A DNA stretch of 64,000 bases from Phaeosaccion multiseriatum (taxonomy: Eukaryota; Protista; Ochrophyta, other classes), in NCBI GenBank assembly GCA_965112735.1, contig OZ218952.1, forward strand, positions 2,480,001 to 2,544,000, read 5' to 3'. The position numbers and the translations under genes are program-made. Positions 1 to 34,742 of this stretch are shown in pieces. Within the stretch, counting starts at the first letter, position 1; every line of letters starts with the position of its first letter. The notes beneath the pieces were generated by a model. It saw only the letters and a list, made by a program, of their open reading frames with translations, did no database searches and was not told where the DNA came from.

Positions 1-236
1 CACTCACTCACTCACTCACTCCCCTACTCACCCACTCACCCACGCGCTCACCCACCCCCTCACTCACTCATTCACTCATTTCCACTCTCTCACCGCAGCG
101 AATATGCCTATCAGCACCCCAGAATGTCACTGTCTCTTCCTAAGAACAATGTACTCTCCTCGCCTTTGTGCCCTTCAATACCGCACGTGATGCTTGTCGC
201 TTGGCTACTTGTCCTGCCTCGTCTATTCCCGTATAG

Positions 237-875
237 GTGGGAGCAGAGGTGCTGCTGCACAAGACCATCAAGGCCAAGCGAGTCACCAAGGGGGCGCGAG
301 GCGTCGTGGTCAGGTAAGCAGTTGGTGGTACAGCACGGACTACAAGATTGGCCATCGGGCAGGAATATGGGTGGTGTTCCATTTGGTCTGTTGTTCGAGC
401 GCATCCATCTCACACCTCCTCCGCCTCTCCCTTGCACACACGCATGACCCCACATCTGCTGTGCACGCTCACGCTGCACTGCATTAGATTCACGGGTGGT
501 ACGGCTGGGTCTAGGCTGCCTGTGGTGCGCTTCAAGAAAGGGGTGGAGGTGGTGATCGAAAAGATGGCGTTTCCCCTCTACGCCAGTGGAGGCTCTGTCG
601 TGAGCGCTCGTCGGCGGCAACTGCCTTTGCAGCTGGCCTGGGGTATCAGCATCCACCGAAGTCAGGGCATGTCCCTCGATAAAGTGGCTGTGTCACTGCA
701 GAGGGTGTTCGAGGCAGGCCAGGCCTACGTGGCCCTCAGCCGGGCAAGGAGTCTCAAGGGGCTGAGAGTGGTGGGGAAGATCAACCCGCGAGCCATTCGG
801 GCACACCCCAAGGTTGTGGATTTCTATACCAAGCTTGGCTGCAAGCCTCCCTCGCCCGTCTCATCGTGGGCGTGA
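237..875 (+). CDS. PIF1: PIF1-family 5'-3' DNA helicase, 3' exons (gene starts upstream of the window)
   Basis: Exons 237-313 ([25 protein letters not shown]) and 488-875 join in frame across a GT-AG intron (314-487). They contain the PIF1 motifs [23 protein letters not shown] and [19 protein letters not shown], then AHPKVVDFY and a TGA at 873-875. Confidence 0.92.
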
Positions 876-1207
876 AACGCACACTGTGGCAATCGTTGGC
901 TGCTTGCTTGCCTTGCCTTGGCCAAAATATAAAAAAAAAAAAAAAAAAAATCAACCCGCTACTAAGCACTTTCTCACCGTAACAATTGACATATGTTTTT
1001 CCAATTCAAACATCAAACATCGAGTCGGCGTGTTGAAAGAGTGGCAATAGGCAGCGGCAGCAGCAAGCAGTGCTGGACGTGAGATAAAGCCAAGGCAAGA
1101 CGCCGAAAGGGAAGTACAGAGAATGAGACGGTAGAAGGGGGACGACGGGCCTTTCTCCTGGAAAACTGGGCAGCTCTTTTGAAATTGCAAACTTGTCAAC
1201 TGCAAAC

Positions 1208-10267
<9,060 letters not shown>

Positions 10268-10348
10268 GTGGAAGAGGCTGAGAAAGCCTTCTTGGAGGAT
10301 TTATTAGAGGAGAGCGGCAGAGGTGACTCCGGGGGAAGGCGACGCTAC

Positions 10349-10391
10349 TGCTTGACAGGTGCTTGACAGGTGCTTGACAGCACTTGACAGG
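10349..10391 (+). repeat. 11-bp tandem repeat (TGCTTGACAGG) x4 in the 3' UTR region
   Basis: tgcttgacagg tgcttgacagg tgcttgacagc acttgacagg. Confidence 0.9.
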
Positions 10392-10681
10392 GGGCTTGTT
10401 GGACGGCTGTCCGGGGCTCGTGCATGCTTACCGATATACCTGCCCCACTAATTAAGAATGCATCTTGTCAACAAAATGTTGTTGTTGTTGTTGTTGTTTA
10501 TGCGGCCGCTGCTCAAGGCCTCCTTTTGAGAGACTTTTTCCTCGACGACTACTTGCTTCACCCTTCACTCTAGAGGCCTTTTACCACTGAGGTGTAGCGC
10601 CTGCGATCATGGAGCATGATCCGAGCAGTCTTGGGGCCCCACGCGAATCCAGCAAAGTACGACTACTCACTTCCTACGATG

Positions 10682-10774
10682 GGACGAACTTGATGGGGTC
10701 ACACGGTAATGTATTGAGGGCTTCTCAGAAGGCGGCAAACCTCCTCCCTCCCTCGGACCCCATCAACTTCGTCC
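10682..10774. repeat. Inverted repeat / hairpin A (19-bp arms)
   Basis: GGACGAACTTGATGGGGTC (10682-10700) pairs with GACCCCATCAACTTCGTCC (10756-10774), 18/19. Confidence 0.85.
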
Positions 10775-10793
10775 GCATTTTTGTTTTTTTAAG

Positions 10794-10919
10794 GGGCTTT
10801 GCCGTTCCTTGTCGCCTTCTTGGTCTGACACCTCCTACCACAGTTCTGCTTGCTCATCTCCCAGCAGAACTGTGTTAGGCGGAGTCAGATCAAGAAGGCG
10901 ACAAGGAACGGCAAAGCCC
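10794..10919. repeat. Inverted repeat / hairpin B (57-bp arms, 12-nt loop)
   Basis: 10794-10850 versus the reverse complement of 10863-10919: 53/57 identical, outer 29 bp perfect. Confidence 0.95.
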
Positions 10920-11014
10920 TGAGAAGGGAGATAGGTCGTCCATGAAGGTCTTGTCGAACATCACTCCCGGACAGACGGGCAAGCTCTCAAGGTTGACGAA
11001 GAGGACCCTTTCGG

Positions 11015-11240
11015 CGCCGCGTGCGAGCTACTCCATTGGGAGAGCCGGCCGGTGATGTCTCATGCCCGTACTCACAGCAAGCGAAAGTTGTGGAGTACTT
11101 GGTGAATGAGGTTCTTTGTTGGCCCTCATTGACCTTTATAGGCCCTCATTCACCTTGTAGTCGACCACGTTGGCTTGCTGCGAGCACGGGCATGAGACAT
11201 CACCGGCTCTCCCAATGCATGGAGTAGCTCGCCCGCGGCG
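11015..11240. repeat. Inverted repeat / hairpin C (~97-bp arms, ~32-nt loop)
   Basis: 11015-11111 versus the reverse complement of 11144-11240: about 10 substitutions plus one 4-nt duplication in each arm (CCGG left, ATGC right). Confidence 0.95.
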
Positions 11241-12557
11241 GCTCGTCACGCCACTGCCGTTTCGCGTTGGTCTCCGTCCTCCGAGCTGGGCATTGGCCGT
11301 CTCTCCACACGACCACTCGGTTCTTATTCGCTATGGCCTTCGTCATGGCCTCCATAAACACCTGCTTGAACGGGCACTCAACGTTTCCGAGATCCCCCTC
11401 CCCGAAAGCCCGGAACATCCCCTCGACGCTCAGGAGATGTTGAGTCTTCCCGATATCTTGTAGCGTGTTGATCATCCGCATGGCCCGTTGCTTGCCGTTC
11501 GGGAGGGTCGTCACATCAACGTTGTCCTTGCCGAGAAGGAAGGCTGGTGCTTGCGCGGATTGCCTCAATCCCTCCTCGCGAAGGGCGTGTTACTTCTTCT
11601 CGGTCTTGTCCCCAGGATCACAGGATGGCCCTGCACCCTTACGCCCCCCCCTGCCGTCTCGTTTCGCACACCACCGCTGGCACCTCCATGCTTTCTGTCG
11701 GGAGGGCGCGAGAGAGAGAGGAGAGGACAGGCCCGAGAGAGAGATCAGAGTCAGTTGCTACTCACGGACGCTGGTCCTCTTGGCTCCTTCTCCCCCCTCT
11801 CTGCATCTCATGGAGGGCGCGTAGCTACCTCACAGGGAGAGACAATTGTGTCTTCCCTTACCTTCGGCGCAGCTCCCTTCTTCGCGTGGGCTGTTCCTTC
11901 CGACTTCCCACCTCCCTGTGACGTGGAACGGCGGACGACCGAGTGAGGAGCAAAGTCAGCGAGGCAGGGAGAGAGGGGGGGCGGGCACAAAGCCAAACAC
12001 CACCGAGTTTAAAGGGTACCCGAGGGGCGGTTGCGGGCCGGCCGAGAGACAGGACGGGGACTGACCACAAGCATCTCGAGCTGTACCCCCACTTACCTCT
12101 GGGGACAAGTGTAAAGAGTCACGTTGCTCTCCACCTAGGATAGGAGTAGACGCATGGACAAGGTAATAGCAACTCCAAAGCAAGCCCGGCAGCCAGCCTT
12201 GTCTCTATTAGCTTTATCCCCGAGCCATTCTAAACGACCAACCTGCTGGGAGGTGAGTGAGAAACGGGAGGTGAGTGAGAAAAAGGGCACCGTTTTCACC
12301 GTATTTGCTTGGGCCTGGGCCATTGACATATCCCCCCTTTGAATTTCCTATAACTTCGCCCCACTTGACATCGTCACACCAGTCGATCCATTTTTTTCGT
12401 TGAGGGGCGGAGGGGGCAACGCGCACAGTCTTCATCTCGTACGAGTCGCTCGAGTTGAATCTGTCGGCTGCTCCCCCGGCCAGGCGGCCCCAGCTATTGT
12501 TGATTCGTCGTCCGCGGCGTGAAGCAACAAGTAACAAAATAAGGGGAAGAGGAGGGG

Positions 12558-13282
12558 GGAGACTTGTTGTGAGGCAGCGGTCAGGAGGGGTGGAGGGAGT
12601 GACCGAGCGGCGGGCGGAGCGAAGCCGGAGGGAGCGACATGAAGCAAGTTAGGTAGCGGCGCCACTTGGGGAGGTGTTTGTTGCTTGTTGTTGCCTTCAG
12701 CGACCTGCTGAAGGCCAAACAATGTTCTCGTGCGAGCCGCGGAGGGGTCTCTCGGCAGCATCCTGTGGCAGGTGGGACACGTCCACTGCTTCTTCCCCCC
12801 CGCACTGGGATTGTAGGCGCCACACGCACAAGGGGGGAAGGCCTCACTTGGCTCGCACAGTGTGAGGGAGCACGACGGAGAAGACATGGCCTCGACTACT
12901 GTAGCTACTTAGTCGAGACCATGTCTTCTCCGCCGTGCTCTCTCACACTGTGCGAGCCGAGTGAGGCCTGCCCCCGCGCCACTGGTGCGTGTGGCGCCTA
13001 CAATCCCAGTGCGGGGGGCAAGAAGCAGTGGACGTGCCCCACCTGCCACAGGATGCTGCCCCGAGACCCCTCCGCGGCTCGCACCATCACATTGTTTGAC
13101 CTTCAACAGTTCGCTCAAGGCACCAAACACCTCCCCAGTTAGTGGCGCCCCTACCTTACTTGCTTCATCTCGCTCCCTCACAGCCAGCGGCCATCGGCTT
13201 GGCCCGCTTGCTTCCTCCGCCCGCCGCTCGGTCACTCGCTCGACCCCCCTCCGCCCTGACTACTGCCGAACGACAAGTCTCC
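12558..13282. repeat. Large fold-back / hairpin D (arms ~341 and ~373 bp, 11-nt loop at 12899-12909)
   Basis: Centre is CTCGACTA-ctgtagctact-TAGTCGAG; outer ends GGAGACTTGT / ACAAGTCTCC. Both strands encode near-identical peptides (MSSP.CSLTLCEPSEA...GAYNPSAGGKKQWTCPTCHRMLPRDPSAART) from ATGs at 12887(-) and 12921(+). Confidence 0.97.
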
Positions 13283-13580
13283 AACACAGCCCTGCTCAGG
13301 CCTCGGTGGCTCACGCAGAAGCGAAATCACCAAGGGTCAGAGGTATTGAGGGTTTGCGCTTGAGAATGATCATCCGCGCGGGGGGTGTCGCTCTCACTAC
13401 TGAATTCCCAAACCCTGTAGTAAAGCTCAATAGTAGTGCTCAATGGGTCTGATAGTGTTATATATTATGGCCTCACCATGCAGCATGTGCACGGGTGCCC
13501 CCTGTACGATGCGTGCGTGGGTGTGTGGGTGTGTGGGTGTGTTGGTGCGAGCGTGGGTGTGTGCGTGCATCCTCTCGTTC

Positions 13581-13718
13581 CTCCCTCCCTCCCTCCCTCC
13601 CTCCCTCCCTCCCTCCCTCCCTCCCTCCCTCCCTCCCTCCCTCCCTCCCTCCCTCCCTCCCTCCCTCCCTCCCTCCCTCCCTCCCTCCCTCCCTCCCTCC
13701 CTCCCTCGCTCCCTCCCT
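13581..13718 (+). repeat. (CCCT)n tetranucleotide microsatellite just downstream of the CFAP57 stop
   Basis: Direct reading. Similar (CCCT/AGGG)n tracts occur at about 15270-15415, 25230-25400 and 60600-61025. Confidence 0.95.
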
Positions 13719-13758
13719 CCCCCCCTGCCCACATCTGTCCACACGTGTCCACACAAGC

Positions 13759-30088
<16,330 letters not shown>

Positions 30089-30643
30089 GAAGACTCAAAG
30101 GAACTGTCTGTTCCCTCAGAAGTGCGCAACGTCCGGCTTGTTGGAGACGTAAGGAGTCGCTTTGGTCTCGTCCTCCTCGGAAGCTAGTCTCGCCCTCTAC
30201 TCGTAATTGGCTCCGTCCTTCTCTCTCCTCGCTCCCCCTTCGATGAGAACAGAGCCCGTCGCAGCAATCTCACGCGCTTTGCGTTCGCCATGCCTCTCCC
30301 CACGCCATCAATAGGCAAGCGCTGAGGTGATTTATCCCCCTCTCCCTTTGCTTCCTTCTTTTTTTTGTTGTTGTAATGTGTGTAGAGAGAAAAAAAATGG
30401 CATTGCAGAACTACAGTTACACCTAGTAAGGCAGTAAAAGAATATTGGAAACACACACCCTTCTTCCCACAATTTTTTTCTCCCTCTCCACCAGGACTTG
30501 GTGCCTGTATTATCTAGCAGCCCGTACAAGCTTCGTAGGGGGGAGTCTCGGGTCTCAGATGATGAGGGTAAATAAAAACACACACAAAAAAGAAGAAGAA
30601 AAAGGGGTCCGTCCAGAACAAGGCGGTCCCGTCCAGACAGACC

Positions 30644-30721
30644 GGGCAGACTCAGAGGATGGATATCAACGGCTGAGCTTAAGGGCAGACTCAGAGGATG
30701 GATATCAGCGGCTGAGCTTAA
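30644..30721 (+). repeat. 39-bp tandem duplication between the hydrolase stop and the CFAP57 start
   Basis: GGGCAGACTCAGAGGATGGATATCA(A/G)CGGCTGAGCTTAA x2 with one mismatch. Confidence 0.9.
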
Positions 30722-30758
30722 GTCCCTGCTTTACTTTGTTGCCAATAATCAGCAACAA

Positions 30759-32258
30759 TCACGGTCCTGCCTCCGCCATCTGTTGTTGATCGACGTGGTG
30801 TGCGAATCTAGCCAGTTCGTAGGCAAGGAAGCCCACGTCATTCTCCTCCTTCTGCTCCTGCTCCTGCTCCTCCTTCTGTCCCCGCCCCACAGAGGGCATC
30901 ATGTGCTCGGGTCTCGACTCTCCAAGGACAAAGCCGCAGTGACCCCCGTACTCATGCATCACCACCCGGACGGGGGCGTCGGCCACGCGAGGCACACCAG
31001 AGTCTACGAAGGGGTCGTCCTTGGCTTGGATGGCAAGCAGTGGGACTCGAATGTTCTTCAGGAATTGTCCACTCTGTTTTCATACGCATAGTAGGAGGAT
31101 TGAGGATTGGACAGGAGGGGAAAGGGGAAGAGGGCGGGTGGAGGTTGGCATGGAGCAGCAGGGCGGTAGAGGAAATGGTGAGGGCTGCAAAGAGTGAAAG
31201 ATGCTTCTCAAAGGGAACCAATGCATATCTCCGTCAAGTCCAGCCCGGCTAAGGGAAGCCTGAAGCTTGGCAGCGAGTACCACTCTCTATGGCCCCCCCC
31301 CCCCCCCCCCTTCGTGGGTTGTGGGTATGTTTATGTGTACGGCGTATGCTTCCATATACCCCCCTCCTTCTTCACTGTTTGAATGCTGCTTGACTGCTGC
31401 TCGATTGCCCCACCCCTGACTCTTACCCCGCTCTTTTGGTAGTAGTCCAAGGCGCTGCTGAAGCCGTAGAGGGGCGCAATGACGCTATCGTCAAAGTCCC
31501 AGAGTGTCTTTGCGTTGGACACACGCTCCATGTCAACAATGGTGGAGAATTCGGGCAGGGCCTCCGCCTTACGCTGCAGCAGCAGACACGCACGCACATG
31601 CACACGGACACATGTACATGTATACATGCACAGAGAAAGAGGGAGAAGGGGGGGGGGGGGAGGAAAGAGAGGAGAAGACAAGAGCGGGGGACAGGGAGGA
31701 GGGGAGGGAAGGAGAGCATGAGTGGAGTCACCCCAGCGCATCCCCGAGGCTACTGATGATGAAGGGTGATACTGTTTCTGTAACGCCCTGTTCCAACAGC
31801 AAGCCAGAGCGTGCGTGCGTGTGTGGGTGTGGGAGGCTCTGCTCTACTCCGCTCCCGCCTCCGCTCTCGCCCCCAGGCAAAGTGGTCAATGAGGGTGGTG
31901 TGTCTATGGGGCTTAGCAAGGAGAGTTTCAGGAACACTCAGTGATGAATGGTAGATGATATCATGCATCTATCTCCTCCTCCTGACCTGCATCTTGGGAA
32001 TGAGGCTCTGAAGAAAGTTGTTGGAGTACACGGCTCGGTTGAAGCCCCTGTCCAGCAGCTTGGAGCATCTGCAGAGCGATGAGGGAGGCAGAGGAAGGCA
32101 GAGCGAAGCACCATCCCATGCATGCAGGGCAGGAGGAGGCGGGAGGAGGCGGGAGGAGGCGGGAAGGTGTATGTATGTGTAAAGAGGTGGTGGTATTCAA
32201 AAGGCAGCGGGCATGTCTATTGCTGGAAAGAGAGACGAGACAGACACACACGCACGCA

Positions 32259-32316
<58 letters not shown>

Positions 32317-33149
32317 AGAGAGACCCTAATCCCCCACAACCAGAAGCAAGGCAGGTAGGATGGAAGCAAGACCAGGCAAGGCAGGGCAAGGGAGTGGAGC
32401 TCACTCACTTTGGGGCATCGAAGGGTACGCACGCGATGGCGCCTCCCGCTATGCGCATGTCCCTCGCCTTGTCACCCAACTCGCCTAGGAATTTGGCGAT
32501 GACATTCCCTCCCAGGCTGTGGGTGCGTGCGTGGGTGGGTGGGTGGTGGGGGGGGGTGAGTTAGTGAGTGAGTGAGGGAGTGAGGGAGGGGGCGCAAGAG
32601 CACAACACGGCACAAATATACCAAAGGGGAAAAAACGCGCAGGCACAGGCACAGCGTAGCCAACGAACGGTACGATACAGCGGATACAGGAGGGGGGGGG
32701 GGGGGAGAATACAACATGAAGGCACACAGGAACACAACTGACGTACACGCTACTCACCTAAAGCCCGAGAGGAAGAAGGTGGCCTCTGAGTGTCTCTCGT
32801 TAAGAGTGCTCACGAGGAATTCGACATCGCTTGTGAAGCCGAGGTGGTAGCCCCCCAAGCCGAGATTGTCCTCGCCAGAGCATCCTCGAAAGCAAAGGAC
32901 TGCCACATCAAAGCCTCGATGGTAGAATGACAAAGCCATCCTGGGTGAGAGAGAGAGGGGAAGGGGGGGGGGGGGGGTGGGGGTGGAGAGAGATGTGGAG
33001 AGGGGGATGACGGCAAAGAAGAGGGAAATGCAAGAAGAGGTAAGAAGAGAGAGAAAAAATAGAAATAAAGAATGTAAAAGGAATGATAGAGAGAAGGCGA
33101 GGGTGATGCCAGGGTCGAGGCGCAGCGTCTTCTGCCTGCCTTCCTGCCT

Positions 33150-33180
<31 letters not shown>

Positions 33181-33202
33181 CGCCCGCCCGCCTGCCTGCC
33201 CG

Positions 33203-33250
<48 letters not shown>

Positions 33251-34314
33251 CCGTTGATTTGGCGCCTTACTTGCTCGTGAGAGGTGCATCGCTGCTCGAC
33301 TCGAGGCCGTGGAGGAGCACGGCGATCTTCCTCTTGGTCCCCTCTGACCCTGCCACACCAGCAGGAGCAGGCTGGTCGAGCCAGTCCACGTCTGTGATGA
33401 AGGTATGCCGGTCCAAATCATGCCGGCATGGGGAGAGAGTGAGTAAGTAAGTCAAAGGAAGGACGGGCGAGATGGGATGAACAGAATGTTTCACGTTCAC
33501 ACATACACACACACACCCATGAAACATGACGCATACACGTAATCTCTAAAAGAGAAAACAACGCACCGAGAAAGTCTCCGTCGGGGGTGTCGAGCCGCTC
33601 CCTACGGTAGACCAACTGCGGCCCGCTCCTGCCAAAGAGGCGCCGCCTCACCTCCCCACTGCGTGCAGGCAGAGGCGGGCAGGACCACACGAGAGTGCGG
33701 GGCGGCAAGCGCAGCACATGCAAAGCGGACGTACGGGTGACGTAAGGGTAATTGGTGAGACAAGCGGAGATGGATGGGGACGTGGTGATTGCGAGCAAAG
33801 ACACTTTTCTATTTCTTTCCCACCCCACGCCACTCCGCCCGCCACCCAACACAATGACTGAAGGCAAGAAGAAGGTAGGGATGAGGAGGCCCCCCTGATC
33901 GATTATATCTTACCTGCCGAGAATAGTGTGTAGGTGGTTGTTGCGTGCCCACAGCGGAGGCTGGTAGTCGGAGGGGGCGAAGGAGTCGGCCACGGCATTG
34001 GGAGTGGCGGCTCTCCCGCTCGCGCTCGAAGAGCTGCCCAGCGCAACACCAGCAAGAGGGGGGGAGGAGAGGAGAGGAAAGGGAAGGGGGGCGTCATGAA
34101 GGGAAAGGACAGAGAGGGGCAGTGGCATTGCTCGGTACTTCATCCACAGACTCAAAGCTCCTTACTTGGTGGACATATTTAGAGTTTCTCGTCTCCTTTG
34201 TCTCCTCGTTCGTAACGCGGCCCCTCCTGCTCCTCCCAATCCGATATACGCGTGTGCACCCCACTGCTCGCCTAGCAGCAGCAGGAGGAGAGAAGAGAAA
34301 ACAGGAGGGCGCAT
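30759..34314 (-). CDS. Alpha/beta hydrolase, YheT/ABHD1-3 type, probable bipartite plastid-targeting peptide
   Basis: YQPPLWARNNHLHTILG; YRRERLDTPDGDFLDVDW; VLLHGLESSS; FRGCSGEDN...YHLGFTSDV; nucleophile GFSLGGN; TLWDFDDSVIAPLYGFSSALDYY; IRVPLLAIQAKDDPFV; GGHCGF. N-terminus MRPPVFSSLLLLLLGEQWGAHA|YIG followed by an Arg-rich stretch. Confidence 0.9.
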
Positions 34315-34742
34315 GGATAGCTCTCTGGTCCTCTTCGGATCTTCTCACCGCTTCTAAGCACAAATCAAGCAGCAGTGAACCATTCCAGCCCAGACAAGAG
34401 AGCGGAAGCTGATGCAAGGTGAGAGGTGAGAGGCAGCTCCACGTGTGATTGTGGTGTCGGGATTTTTTTTTTGATGTGATGATGATGTGTTGCGAGGAAA
34501 GTGTTGTGCCCTGGATTGTTAAAACGTCCTCCCTGACTTACTACACTTGGCCGTTTCGGCTCGGCGCCCCCGAGTTTCTGCCCCTGCTTGCGTCCTCCCA
34601 TCCCGGCTTCCTTTCTCTCCTTGTAGCGGTGCTGTGCTCTCTTCTGGTGGATATTCTCTCCTCGTTCTCCATCACACTCTTTTGTTTAAGGGCCGCTAGC
34701 AGTAGTTTGAGAAGGGAAGGTAGCACGTGGAAGGTAGAGAAC

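Larger units (their letters stand above)
10500..12887 (-). pseudogene. Decayed intron-containing gene of unknown family (Cys-rich N-terminus), interrupted by inverted duplications
   Basis: ATG at 12887 (MSSPSCSLTLCEP...WTCPTCH). Coding-like segments continue leftwards (12214-12537; 11200-11640 with an in-frame TAA; 10930-11015 ERVLFVNLESLPVCPGVMFDKTFMDD). Minus-strand donors GTAAGT (~12096) and GTAAGG (~11861) and pyrimidine-rich CAG acceptors (~11917, ~11695) are present. Stops and 4-nt frameshifts indicate decay. Left boundary approximate. Confidence 0.5.

Noticed and set aside
237-875. PIF1 as part of a Helitron
   Set aside because: Intron-containing, cellular-type C-terminus (AHPKVVDFY), and no Rep domain or CTRR/hairpin end seen. 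The upstream part is outside the window.
11250-11330. VVVWRDGQCPARRTETNAKR as an XPG/FEN1 PIN nuclease motif
   Set aside because: Superficial match to VFDG..P..K..T..KR only; the other acidic catalytic motifs were not found.
12558-13282. Hairpin D as a divergent gene pair or a TIR transposon
   Set aside because: ATGs are only 33 nt apart, the right copy is frameshifted, the loop is 11 nt, and no flanking TSD or transposase is visible.
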